Positions 38,601 to 51,987 are shown, numbered from the stretch's first letter. The stretch: 64,000 nucleotides of DNA from Hypanus sabinus (GCF_030144855.1 NC_082714.1:93310001-93374000); one strand, 5' to 3'. Numbers and translations are program-made. The notes: a model not told the origin generated them from the sequence alone.

Positions 38601-40800
38601 ATCCCCAAATTACTAACTTTGCAATCCTGCTTCTCAACTTCCTTCCCAAGGCCCTGTAGTCTTTTATCAGGACCTCTTCCCTTTTCCTACGTATGTCATT
38701 GGTACCAGTATGTACAGCGGCCTCTGGCTGAGTCCACAAAATCGCTTGTCTGACCACCTAACTATAGAGACTCCTATCACTACTGCCTTCCTCTTCCCTT
38801 CCCTACCTTTCTGAGCTATAGGGACAGACTCTGTGCCAGAGGGACGGCCACTGCCACTTTTCTCAGGTAGGCTTTTTCATCTTCACCCTGCAGTAATCAA
38901 ATAGGAGTACTTGTTGTCAAGGGGTACAGCCACAGGGGTAATCTCTAATACCTGACTCTTACCCTTCCCCCTCCTGACTGACACACTTGTCTGTCTTCTG
39001 TGGCCCTGGTGTGACCACCTGCCTGTATTTCCTTTCTATCACCTCTTCGGTCTCCCTGACTTGGCGAAGGTCATCGAGCTGCATTTCCAGTTCCTAACTC
39101 TGTTCCTTAAGAGCTACAGCACGACACACCTGGTGCAGATATGGCCGTCCGGGAGGCTGGGTGACTCCGGGCCTCCCATATCTGACACTGAAAGCAGAAA
39201 ACTGGTCTCACACACATACCTTCTTCTTCGCCTCGCCTTGTTACCGCCTCAGCCCGCTGAACCAAAGCCCTTATCACTTTTTGCTGCCTCTCACTCCGCT
39301 GGATGCAGCCGCCGTCTTTTAAAACTTTTTGCATTTTGCTGGCTGACGTCACACGCCTGCGCAGTCACGCCTCTGTTTCACCCGTGTGGTAAAAAAAGTC
39401 ACTCGCTCCAAATAAGCAGCAGTTCACTGGCAGCCGTCTTGCTTTGAATTAAAAAAAAACCGTTGAAGATTCCTTGCCTTTTTAAACCTTTCGCGTTTTG
39501 GCCCCTTTCCGTATCTAACTTGCAATCACAGAGACTCAGTTGGCAATCACTCCATGATTTCCTCTTTTTCTGAAACCTTGATTTCTGATCAGCAGTGCCA
39601 CACCCTTACCTCTTTTGCACCCACTCGATCGTTTCTGAAACATCTAAAGCCTGGCACTCCAACTAACCGTTCCTACTCCTGAGCAATCCACGTCTCTGTA
39701 AAGACCACAACATCATTGCTTCACGTAATGATCCACGCTCTAAGCTCATCCGCTTTGTTCATGGTGTTTCTTGCATTAAAATAGTCACATCTCAAACCAT
39801 CGGTCTGAGCGTATCCCTTCTCTATCAGCTGCCTATCGTTCATCTAGCACTGTCTCCAAGCTTTCTCTGATTGTGAGCCAATCACCTCTACTTCCTTCTT
39901 CACTGTTGGATTCCGAACCACGAGCAATTCTAGTTTAAACTCTCCCCAAGCGCAAACCTTCCTGCCAGGATATTAATCCCTGGGAATGAAGTGCATCCGT
40001 CCTTTTTGTACAGGTCACGTCTGTCCCAACTGAGACTAGACTCTGTGCCAGAGGCGTTGGCACTGCTGCTTTCCCCAGATAGGCCGCCTACCCCACCCCC
40101 CACAAACAATACGCAAATATGAATACTTATTGTTAAGGGGGACAGCCACAGGGGCACTCTCTAATATCTGACTCCAATTGTGAGCCAATCGCCTCTTCCT
40201 CTTTCTTTACTGTTCGGTCCCTAAGCCCCAGCAATTCTAGTTTAAACTGTCCCGAAGATGAAGCCTCCTTGTCAGGATATTGATCCTTCTGGGAATCAAG
40301 TGCAGCACGCCTGTCATAAACCAGGTCCCAATGATCCAGAAATCAGAATCCCTGCCCCCTGCTCCAATCCCTCAGCCACAAATTTATCCTCCACCTCACC
40401 CTATTCCTGTACATACTGTCGCTTGGCACAGAAGCTCGAGACGAATGCCTTTGAGGTCCTGCTTCTCAAATTCCTTCTTATCTCCCTGCAGTCTGATTTC
40501 AAGGCCTCCCTTTTCGTACCTATGTTGCAGGTACCAAAATGTAGCACGACCTCGGGCCGTTCAACTTCCAACTTCGGGATATTGTGGATGCGATCAGAAT
40601 TATCTCGGACTCTGGCCCCTGGGAGGCAAATTACCATCCGTGTTCCTTTCCTTCGTCCACATAATTGCCTGTCTGACCTCCTAGCTTCAGAGTCCCCAAT
40701 TACTGTTGCCCTCTCCCTTTCCTTATCTTTCTGAGGCACAGGACCAGACTCTGCGCTGGAGGCGCGGCTACTTTTGCTTTCCCCAGGTAGGCCGTACAGC
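35640..40800. mobile_element. Cluster of CR1 fragments (mostly minus; a plus-strand 3' piece at ~36088-36570)
   Basis: 'IERVQRRFTRMLP' on both strands (35658-35894 minus; 36081-36308 plus), RT 36863-37141, ORF1 esterase pieces 38569-38757 and 40401-40739. Confidence 0.85.
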
Positions 40801-41069
40801 TCCCTCCCCCCAGTTTCTTTCTCGCGCTAATAGTTACCGAGGTAAGACGGTTCCGTTGAGTCGTACATTCAGTGAAACGGTTTGGAAAGAGCTCAGCGGG
40901 GTCTCACGAGTATGCAGAACGGGGAGTCCCATCCTCCGAGACGGGACTATTCTTCCCGCGGGAATCGTGGCGTTTCCTGATGCCTGTTGAGAACAGCTTT
41001 ACGGATCAGAGTGGCCAACAGTCCGCGTACCGCGTCTGTGTCACTGGGACTCAGTCGCCGCTTTCTGGA

Positions 41070-44000
41070 AGACGGTTTAGTGGAGGAAATGGAAAATACG
41101 GGGCCCCTTGTTTTCCAGGAAGCTGTTGGAAAAGGAAACATCTGCTTGAAGGGGCATTGTCAGTCCTCCAGACAAGCCGGTGCAGAAGAAATTCTTGATT
41201 GCCGCGGCTTCAGGGAACAACGAGCAAACCTCCCCTTCCCTTTAAAGGGGCTGGATCATCATTCACCTGGTCTCTCATACGTCGGTGGATGGCCTACCGC
41301 AAAGGGACAACGAACTAACATAATCGCCGAGCTAGCGATTGAAGAGAAATCCGAGGCAACTAACAAAGGAACTGGAGGAACTCATCGGGTCAGGGCGTAT
41401 CTTTGAAGGGAAGTGGACAGTGGACATTTCGTGTCAAGACCCTTAATCTATGCTTGTAACGAAGACAGATTGTCCCCGAAGTATACAACCCCCGGTTTCC
41501 CACGTTGACATGATGTTATTAAACTAAATAAAGGTGTTATTAAATATTGGTATCAGTATCAGTTTATTATTGTGACATATACCAAAGTAGAGTGAAAATC
41601 TTGTCTAGGATGCCGCTTAGGGAGATAAAATCATTACACAATGCAATATGGTAGTGTAAAATAAGTACAATGCAGAATAAAGTGCAACAGCTACAGACAA
41701 AGTGCAGTGCGGGTAAACAATGAAGTGCAAATAATATCCAGGTAGATTGTAAAGACAGAATTCCATCTGTGTTGCCCTTAAAGCATTTGTTTAGTTTATT
41801 ACATTTTCGCTTTAGTAATTCGTTTGTGATTATTTTCCAGTTACAATTAAGGTTGTTAAAGTTAAGTTAAGTCAATTCATTGTCTGTGACGTATCGCGGC
41901 ATGCGGTGACGTCACACCAGGTTTCGCTGCGACTTGTAGGAAAATATCGGTGTAAAATATCTGCACTTTAATGAGACTTTAATGTAATATAGTTTGTTGT
42001 AATTTTACTTTTACAAGTATTTATGATGTACATGTGATGCCAAGAAGGAAACAACTACTGTAGATATTTTGTATTGTTTTGTCAACAGTTTTCACCATAC
42101 GTTAATGTGGAAGAGTGAACAGTAAACGGTTAATCTTACTGCGACCGTGTCTTCATTGACTACGGTTTAACTCGGTGTTTAGTTCAGAGTACCTACACCT
42201 GCACGAGAACACTACACCATCCATACATGAGGTCCGGACAAGAGTCTCACAACAGTGGACAGAAGCTGCCCTTGGGCCCGGAGGTACGTGATTCAATGGC
42301 TTTTGTATTTTTTCCCTTTGGGAGAGCAAAGAAGAGAGAATGTCCGGGGTGGGTGAGGTCTTCCATTATGGTTTACTGAGTCTGCTTTCCGTGGCATGCT
42401 GAGCTCCGTTCACAATTCTCTGTGGAAGCCCAAAAACTGTGGAAATATTTAGTAATCATAACATAGGAAAAAAAACACAGGAACATGCCCTTCGGTCCAC
42501 GATGTATTTTGCTGAACACTGTGACAAATGAAACTAATTCTCGTTTACTTGAACGTGATCCATGTCCTGTCATATTGACATTTTTGTCTAAAAGACTCTT
42601 AAACGCCTCTGTCATAAACACAAAAAGTTCAGGAGATGCTGAAAATCCAGAGCAACAGACACAAAATGCTGGACAGCATTTGAGAAAAGGAATAATGGAT
42701 AACGATCCATATTTTGCTCCTTTAATAGGCCTTTACATCGGTCCCTGAGGGACACCACTTGTCACAAACCTCTATCACGAATATCAGCGTGCGTGTGTGT
42801 GCTTATACATGCGTTTAAGTGTGTATATGATGTGATTTTTGACCAAGATAATAGAGCCGCTTAGTACAATCAAACACTCAGTATAATTGGTTGATTATTG
42901 TAGCGAGGAACAGTGAAAAAATCTTTCTTTCACGTCCATTTCAGAGAGATCGTTTCATCACATCAGTACAACTCCCACTGGTCACTGTCAGCGCATGCCA
43001 TGCCAGCCTCCTCCCTCCACTCTCCTCAATTTGTAACTTCATCCCTCTCCTCCTTAACTTGCCTACCAAACTACTGTTTAACTTCAACTTCTGTGGAAAT
43101 ATCCAGAAGGAATCCCGAGTGAAAACGAGCCGCGCTGCCCACTGTGCGGTTTTCAGGCGAGAAGTTAAACTGAAGCTGATCTATTCATTACCACTCCACT
43201 GAAAACAAGAGAAAGTGAGCTCTTTCCGATCCTGGAGCCAATGTCTATCAATCGAGAGCAGACACCATTACGTGGACGGTTTGTTGGAGCTTTCTGTGTA
43301 AATATTGCTCGGTGTCTTTTCAATGCTGCAACAGCGATTAGAAAAACACTTCGTTGTGTTTTAAAAAAAAACTTTGGAACGCAGGAGGCGTGGAACATGT
43401 TAGAATCGTCCTCGCCCGCCTCCAACACAACTATCGCCGCATGGAAACATCGGTAAAACCACTTCACCAAACACTTCTAGATTTAAAATTAACCCCGACA
43501 AGGAAGCCGCCTCTGTACTTCTCTGGAGGAAGGCTTCCAGTCCTAATTAGGCCTTCATGATAAACCTAACCAGAGTCCTGTCTATAGTCTCACGCACCAG
43601 AGTTAACCCTATGTAGAGTGCTTCGAGTGTAGTCTGACCAAAGCGAGGAAGCGTATATATTTTTTATGTGTTTGCAAACCGCGTTCCATCTGCTTTTACC
43701 TGGCCCCGCGTAAACAGGAAACCCGCAGAACGCCTCTACCTTTTTCCAATACAACCAAACATTTATTAATAAGCATTACGTCTGATTCTCATCAATTACA
43801 AAGGATCTCGCCCCCTCCCTTGCGCCAACTTTACAAACCGATGAACACGCGTCTGCGATTAACACCCGGAGTTTAACTCGGACACGAACAATGAGATGCT
43901 GCGCGGTCTTCGCGCTCTCTTACTTAGTGCAAGGTGAGCGACCCGAATCTCGGGAAGAGAAGAGCTTGGGCAGCTAGTTTAGAGGGAATGCTGATCGTTA

Positions 44001-44265
44001 ATTACACCGAAGGGATTTGGTAAAATAAATAAGTGGATTCTAATACCGGAGGGCATGCATTAAAGTTTCGAAGGAGATGTGAAAGGCAGATAATAGTGAT
44101 GCCTGGAATGCGCTGGAGAGGTAATAGAGGCAGTACATTAGGGAGTTTTGAAATATGTTTAGATAGGCGCATTGATGCGAGGAAAGTAGATGTTGTGTCG
44201 ACAGAAGAGATTAGATGGCCACTTGATTATTAATTTAATTGGTTAGGCACAAAAGGGCCCGTTAC
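41070..44265 (+). repeat. Diverged segmental duplication, copy B (contains the promoter and leader of the intact gene)
   Basis: Collinear with 14665-19410 (see copy A). Confidence 0.9.
43891..43933 (+). CDS. VJ-C1 receptor exon 1: signal peptide
   Basis: acaATG AGA TGC TGC GCG GTC TTC GCG CTC TCT TAC TTA GTG CAA G|gtgagc encodes MRCCAVFALSYLVQ with a phase-1 donor matching the V acceptor; conserved in the duplicated copy. Confidence 0.88.
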
Positions 44266-44624
44266 TCTGCTGTACTGTTCTATATTCTATGTCGATATTT
44301 TTTGGTTAGCCATCGATACCGGTAATCAGAGAAAGTAGAAGATAGAATTAGAAAGGTAGATTGCTCTGGAGAGAAAGTTAGGTAAATTAATTCCCACCCC
44401 ACCAGGGAATGAAGTAACTGGAAGGATTTCCAATGGAGTTTTAAGAAGGGGATTTAGATGCAATTATGAGAGTAGAGCAGCCGGTAATACAATTAACTGT
44501 AGAGACTGAGCATGCTGCTCTTTCTGTGTTCCAAAGTCTCAATTCGTAAAAAGATGGCGCGAGGTTGAACTCGCTGTGGTATCAGTGAGAGGACCACTCT
44601 GTGATCAAATCTTCCTTCTCTCAG

Positions 44625-44951
44625 TTTCTATGTCTCAGGCTGCCTTGTTCCAGTCTCCGCCGATTCAGACCGTCCGTGTCGGAGGTCGAGCCATCTTGAA
44701 TTGTAGCCGGGACCTCGGTATGCTTGCTTTTATAAAGTGGTATAAACGGAACGACCAAAGGCATCTGCAGTTCATTTTCACGGTGAGCAGATTCGGGAAA
44801 GCGGAGGGGAGGTTCTCGGGGCAAGTGGACGACAAATCGGCCAATTACTCCCTGGAGATTAAAAACGTCCAGCAAACTGATTCCGGGATCTACTTCTGCG
44901 CAGACCAGCTCTATGGTCAGTTCGGCAATGGATCCAAACTAGTGGTCACAG
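44625..44951 (+). CDS. VJ-C1 receptor exon 2: germline-joined VJ-type Ig V domain
   Basis: Acceptor 'cttccttctctcag|', donor 'ACAG|gtaaat', 327 nt, phase 1/1. Carries LNC, KWY, RFSG, YSLEI, DSGIYFC and the J motif FGNGSKLVVT in one exon. Confidence 0.95.
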
Positions 44952-45549
44952 GTAAATCATCGTAACAAGTTCATTCATTTCTGCTGATGCTGGGATTCTT
45001 TTCTATAGTCCATCACCCCTACTGGGCACAGACGCAGAAAGCAGGTCGCCAGAGTCTTCTATCCTGTGCCACTTTCAAATTGTCCCAGAGTGTAGCCCAT
45101 TTTAGAACGTCTTTCTTCCCCCAGGGAGCTTCTGTTTGTGTTACTGATGTTTTATGGGGATGGGGTTTTGTAGCTGGGCTTAGAACTGTATATGGCGGCT
45201 TTTTGCTAGAGACCAGAAAGTACGTAGAGGGTATAATTAGTACGTTCACAAATGATACGGGAATTTCTGATGCTGTTGGAAGTGCGGAGAGTATGTGTGA
45301 GCTACAGAGTGATGCTGCTGAGGTTAATTCGGTTTAATTAACAACACGGCATCAGTCTCTTTCAATTACGAGTTAATGTTCACGTCTTTCGGTTGAGGGA
45401 GGAAATCGGAGCACTGGGAGGAAATCCACGCGTTCTCGTACTAACGCCTTACAGGTACCGACGGGGATTGAACCAAAGTCCTACAGATGGCTCACTGAAA
45501 CGTTGCCATAACCGCTACACTACCGTGCCACCCCTAAAGGTGGTCAGAA

Positions 45550-48000
45550 CGATGGCAGCTGTAATTTAAATTTGAGAAATTTGAGGCGAAGTGTTTTGGA
45601 AGCTCGGGTACAGATATAATGAACAGCAGTAGCAAAGGAGACTTGGAAACAAGGTGGTGAAGCAAACATGCCAAATACTTGCCTTCAGTTGCCGCGGAAT
45701 AGAATCTAACAGCAAGGAAATGGGTATATTCAAACTCTGTAACACATTAATCAAACCAAAATCGGAGTTGTCTGTTAAAATTGGAGCCAGGACGTTAACT
45801 GGAGCAAGGGCGCGATTGCGTTGGAGAGGATGCAGAGAGGATTCACCAGTTTTGCGTCCTCGAAGTTCTCGAATATTTAATGCTCGTCATTAAAGGCTCA
45901 GTACGGATCTTTAAGATCCGACAAGAGAGGTCTTTAATTAAGTGTGTAGGCTACCAATGCGGGAAGGAATGCTACTTAACCATATCTAAGTGAATGAAGT
46001 TTGTGATAAGACCATAAATTATCTCAGCAGTTTCATGGCAGATGTATTTTCCCTTTCGAAGCGATTCTCCGGCATTCTCCACGTAACCCTTGACACCCTT
46101 ACTAATTAAGATCCTATCAATCTGAGCTTTAAAAATTGGCCTGCATAGCCCCCTGTGGCAATGAATTCCACAAATTTACCACCTTCTGGCTCGTCAGTTT
46201 GAAGAAGTGTCAGCTGGGGAGCGGTTTTGGAATAGTAGCCGTGACTCCACATATTTCAAGTGGGTATGGAACATCAATGTTCGCATGAAACAGAAATAAA
46301 CTTCTTAAATTGGGCAAATCCATGTTCGTTAATATTAGACAGGAGCTGGATAGAGTTCAATGGGAACACCCGCTTGCCGGTAAGTCCCTATGTGTATGGA
46401 AGAAATAGGAAGAACTCAGGGCCAACATGTTCCTGTAAGGGTAAAAGGAAGATGTCATAATCTCAGAGAATTATGTACGACAAGATTTTTGAGGATGGAT
46501 GAAAAAGAAAAAAATGAAACGCATGGCATGTATAGAAATTTAAAGACGATTGAAGCCCTACCTGGTATCAAAACGGAAGGCAATACTTAAAAGGCAGACT
46601 AAGTAAGGTCACAAATATCAATGGCAAGCAGATAAGAGTTTGGCTGCAAGCCACCTAAAAGTGTATTAAGGGTGAAAGATCATCCAAGGAAATATTAGAG
46701 CCTATTACATGCAACGGACGAATCGGTCTTTGGAGCTAGAAGATATTGTAATGGCCCTATATGAGAACGCTTCATCAGAATTCAAAAAGGTAGCGCACCT
46801 TGTAGATGGAGGCATCAGTGAAGGGAAAGGTGATCTTTTGGTGTAAATCTCAAGAAATGAAGAACAAGTGTTTGAATCCATAGTGGTTTTAAAAGTCAAA
46901 AATCACCGGCTCTATCCTAGGCTTTTGTGGCAAGCAAAGTGTGAGATTACTGGGTCTTTAAGTGAGGTATTGTAAATATTCGCTGTGTACATGTGAGTTT
47001 ACTGGAAGGTAGCAGTTGGAGTAACGGGGAAAAGACTGGCAAAATAGACCTATGAGTGGTAGGGATCTTAAAAGACTGCACTTCGTGGGACAGGATGAAT
47101 AATATCTTGGCGTGACAAGGTCTAATCAGAGACAGCCAAGCTGGCTGTGTCAATATCTGATCATGTCCGAGAAACAGTGCAATCAATGTATGTTTTACAT
47201 GCACTTCAGTGAACCCTCTGACAAGGACCCACATAGACATGGACCAGGGCATTTTGGCAAGCAATTGCACATTAGACTGGCAACAAGGGCAAGGTAAGGT
47301 TGGATGCCTGTTACTAACGATTTTGTCCAAGAATAGATGGTTTAACCTTGGCTCTTTGAAATATTCTTGAATAGTTTAGATTTTGATATCAGAAGCAAAA
47401 TCAGTAAATTTGTGGAGAATATAAAGAAGGGCGAAAAAGTGGATAGTACGGATAGTGTGATAGTCTTTGTCCAAGGGGTGATACTGTAGTGTTGGTGAAA
47501 TGCATTATAAATGTTAACCCGGATCAGCGCGAGTGGATGCGTTTTGGGAGGATTAATGAGGAAAGGACATGAGAAACATTGATATTGAAGAACAGAAGGA
47601 CCTTGGATTACAAATCCAGTGACCATTCAAAGTGGCATCGCATGTATATAGTGTGATGATTAAGGCAAATGGATATTGGCCTTTCGTTAGTCAGGTTATT
47701 GAATTGACAGACAGGGAGGTTATAGACACGAAGTAAACAGCAGGAGGCCCTTCTATACATTTGTGGTAGACAAACAAAAGTGCTTAAATTTAGTAAAAGG
47801 TAGAAGATTTCGTATATTTAGAAAATTAGTATAAGGATGAAGGATCAACCATCATAGACTGGTTGCAGTAGATTTGCTGACAGCATCTAAGAAATGTCTA
47901 GATGTGTTCATTGATTACTTAGACAGAAGGGTCTTTGCTAAGTGTAGGAAGACGGGACTAATGTGGATTGGTGCTCACTGGTCGAGATGATGAGCCGTAT
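45550..48000 (+). mobile_element. Degenerate CR1 fragments in the V-C1 intron
   Basis: Recognisable CR1 RT and 3' remnants (e.g. 47112-47297, 47530-47720). Boundaries approximate. Confidence 0.6.
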
Positions 48001-48645
48001 TGTCTGCTTCCCGGCTGTGGGTCTCTATCACAACGATGCCGTTTCATTTGCGAGGACCGGCTGTAACTTTGCTTTATTTTCCTTGGGGTGGAGAGGGTAA
48101 GCTGATAGAAGTGTGAAACATTAGCTGAGTCTAATCACGGGACAATATACAATTACCAATTAACGTACTGACTGGTACGATTTTGGACTGTACCATGAAA
48201 CTGGAGGATCCGGTGGAAACTCACGCTCTCCACGAGGAATGGCGTTTCAGGGTGACAAACTCCTTACAGTAGAATCCGTGGTTGAACTCCAAACTCCGTC
48301 TCCTTGAAGTATGATAGCGTCCTGTTAAACGCTCTGCTGCCGAGGCGCCGGTAAATGTATCGATAAGCCTATATAGAGGAGTGGTGGGAGCTTTAGAGAA
48401 GGCTTGAAGAAAGATGTTTCTCTCCGAGGGGCGTTGGGATCTCACTCCCTGAGGGTTAGCGATGCAGCTACCCACTCAGTTTTGGAGGCGAATTATCACA
48501 GACAGAGGGCCTTATAAACTAGGATTAGCACAGATATGTTATACACCGCCAGCACGGGGAAGATAGCCAGAATAGCCTGTGTTTGAAACCGTGATTAAAA
48601 TTGGCCATCCAATTAATACAGTGTTGTTGTGTTTTCCGCATTCAG

Positions 48646-48936
48646 CACAGCCTCCCACCATATTCCTGTTAGCGCCGCAAGCGGATCAAATTGCCCGAAT
48701 GCAACTGGTGACATTGATGTGTTTAGTGAGAGGCGTGTCTTCCCACTCGCTGAGCATCCGCTGGAACATATCGGGAAATACCACAGAAGGTCGCGTTGAT
48801 CCCCCGATATTTGATCCGGACGGAGGCTACAGCGTTAGAAGCCGCTTCCAGATCCCGGCGGAAAGTTGGCGTAGCGGCGCTGTCTGCACTTGCGCCACTG
48901 GACAGCTGGTCAGTGACAGTGTCTCCGCTCAGAAAG
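48646..48936 (+). CDS. VJ-C1 receptor exon 3: C1-set Ig constant domain
   Basis: Acceptor 'gttttccgcattcag|', donor 'AAAG|gtatcg', 291 nt, phase 1/1. Reads AQPPTIFLLAP...VTLMCLVRG...SIRW...DGGYSVRSRFQIPAESWRSGAVCTC. Confidence 0.93.
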
Positions 48937-50582
48937 GTATCGTAGAAACTAGCGATTCCCATTAGCTTTATGATGCGAGGCATTCGGCTCTTTGTGTTTA
49001 TGCTTAGTATCGAGTTAAATCCCGCTCTCCAGCGCTGTCTCCGTGGCCCCAACGGCTCTACTGCCGCATTCAAAGACTGCGTAAATGTGAGCAGAGCTTC
49101 TCCCTCTCGCCACCGATCATGGAAACTTTCACCTCTCTCCGAGTGAAACCCTTTCTCTTATTTCCTTTGTCATCACTCAAAACTAACTTTTAATGGGCAT
49201 CTCTTGGTTTGGCCACTCTGCTCAGGGAAATGGTCAGAATCAGAATCAGATTTATTATCGTTGACTTTTTATTCATAATAATTCATTTTTGTTTCTTCAA
49301 ACTGCAAAGTACATTTATTATTAAAGTATGTATATGTCACGATATATCGCATTGAGATCGCGGACACTCACAGTCGTATTACAGCAGAATTTGTGAATAG
49401 CTATGAATAACGAAGACTGATATACAAACGAAGTCAAATCGCATAAATAATAAATGTTAATAAATAATAATCAGTTGTAGAGTCCTTGAAAGTACTCATC
49501 TCCCGACACACGACTCCGATAAATTTTGGATAGATAAGCTTTAATTGGCAAGTGTACATTGAAAAATACAGTGAACTGCGTCTTTTGCGTCGAATCAAAT
49601 CAGTGAAGGTGTTCTGGGGCAGCCCGTAAGTGCCGCCATGCTTCCAGCGTCAGCATAGCATGCCTATGTCCTGGGAATGTGAAGGGCAAACCGGAGCATT
49701 CAGAGGCAACCCATGGGGTTACCGGGAGAATGTACAATCTCTTTACAGACAGCAGCAGGAATCGAGCCACGATCTTTCAGCCGGCACTGTAAGTCGTTTC
49801 GCTAACCGATATGTTACCGCACTGACCTATAAATTTCCCCAAAGGCATCTCAGAATTTATTTCATGGGGGAAACCGGTTATAAAACATTCAAATTATCAC
49901 AAGACACAAGTAGTTCAGGCCCGAAAATGACCTATTCACCGCCGACTCTCCGTCGGTTAACCATTCCTCTTTCCAGGCCAATATAGCGCTTCGTAGCGCC
50001 GGGCGGGCTTAGCTGTCACAGATCGAACACTTCTGAACATGCGCGATCCTGTAGGTTCCAGTTCGGCTTTACCTATCATATTTGCTATAATCTCAAAAGT
50101 TAGTAAATTTCAAGCTCAAATCTCACTGGCTCTGTAAATGGAGGATAACGTAGAAGGGAAGGAATAGACTGGTTTTAGAGTGTAATGGTCTGCACAGCAT
50201 CATTATCCCTTTACTGTGCTGCACAGATTTCCGTTCCGTGATCTATTCATCTCAAAAGCTAGTCGTCATGGCTCTTGCATCTTGTTATTCACCTACACTC
50301 CACATTCTTTGTAAATGCAATTCACCAGTTTCTCCTTTTGTGCTAATCGACGTCTTATGTGCTATATGATCTGTCTGGATGGCAAACTTTTCACTGCATC
50401 TCAGTTTATGTAATGACAATAAACCTGATACTAATTACCATAACCTTCCAAGATTTATTACCTTCCAAATTAGACCCCAGATACAAAGCTTGCAAAGGAA
50501 AGTGACCAATCAGATCACTTTCTATAACATTCCCTCCGGCTCTTATGGTCCTCAATCTCGTGGTTGTTCTTGGCGGAGTCTG

Positions 50583-50627
50583 GACTTGAGACTGAGACTT
50601 GAGACTTGAGACTTGAGACTGAGACTG
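50583..50627. repeat. Short (GAGACT/GAGACTT)n tandem repeat
   Basis: 'gacttgagactgagacttgagacttgagacttgagactgagact'; likely a LINE 3' tail. Confidence 0.8.
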
Positions 50628-51867
50628 TCCCCGATTTCTGACCTTTGTATCCCCTTTAGCCTTGCCGCATAGAATGGGAAATCATACTTGCTTTGACTCT
50701 TTGTTGCCACATAGTTACCAGCAACGCCTTCCTATCTGTGAGGCAGCGGGAATATCTGGTGGAATGCTACATGATCACGCGGAAACGTGCACACTTCACA
50801 GAGCGGACATTCTAGAGCTGGATGGAAATCGTGACCTTAGAGTAACGAGCTCGCTTTACAATAGAATAGAGCGAACATATCCGAGACAGAGCGACAAACA
50901 GACGTTGGCTGGCAAGCGAAGGGTAATCAGAGACCACACTCCCCAACCTTGATAGAAGTGTTGGAGTAAGGACCGTTAATGTTATTGGTATTAACCCAGT
51001 ATCAGACTAGAGCAGAAGTGGAAGAACATGTAAATGCCCCCGGAAGCCCAAGTACTAGTATGGGGTTGTTGGGCCGAAAGGCCAGTTCCTGTGACGAGTA
51101 GAAAGCCATTTGGATAGACTGTTGTAGAGATCTAAGGTCAGTATTTTCAAAAGGAATGAGAGATTAGAGCATAAGACCACAAGACGTTGTATTATTCAGC
51201 TCATCGAGTCTGCTCAGCTATTCCATCGTCGCTGCTTCACTGTCGCCCTCAAACGAATTCTGCTGCCTTTCCTCAAAACCTCTGACACTCTTGCTAATCG
51301 AGAAAGCATCAACCTCTTCTTTACATATATCAATTGCAAACTCAGCTAGCTCCATCATGGCCTACAGTTCCCTCAGTATCCAGGACACTTTCAAAACGCC
51401 ATGCTTTAAAAAGTGGCATCTATCATTATGGACCCCATCATCCAGGACATGCCCTCTACGCATTGCTTCACTCAAGATCGAACTCTGAGAGTCTGAAAAA
51501 ACACACTCAAAGTTTTAGGATCAGCTTCTTTCCCTCCGCCATCAGATATCTGAATGGAAAATTAGCCCATGAACACTACCTCACGATATTCCCTCTCTGT
51601 TTGCCCTACTTATTTAATTTGCAGACAGACTGACAGCCGGACACATACATATACTTCCTATTGTAATTTATAGTTTTGATTATTGCGCATTGCAATTTAC
51701 TGCTACAGCAACACGGCAAGTCTCACGGCAAATACCTGATTCTGATTCTGATAATATCTTGAATTTATGTACAATGTGTTGACTAATTAGGACACACAGG
51801 CCAATAAATGCAGGTTGGAACTGATGCTAAATTACTTTCAATTGAAAGTCGATTCTATGTCCTTCAG

Positions 51868-51987
51868 ACAGCCTGCAGCTCCAACTCTGTCATGTGCTTT
51901 CAACTGGCCTGGCGGCGACCCTCGTGTTCCTTGCTGTAGGGGCGACCACTGTGGCCATTAAGAAGTATCGGAAGGAACGCAAACCAG
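51868..51987 (+). CDS. VJ-C1 receptor exon 4: stalk Cys + uncharged TM + basic stop-transfer
   Basis: Acceptor 'tctatgtccttcag|', donor 'CCAG|gtaacg', 120 nt, phase 1/1: DSLQLQLCHVLSTGLAATLVFLAVGATTVAIKKYRKERKP. Confidence 0.88.

Noticed and set aside
44576-48965. Rearranging TCR or Ig light-chain locus
   Set aside because: There is a single joined VJ with no RSS, the C1 splices to an uncharged TM with a long tail, and there are no TCR TM Arg/Lys residues. Ig light chains have no TM exon.
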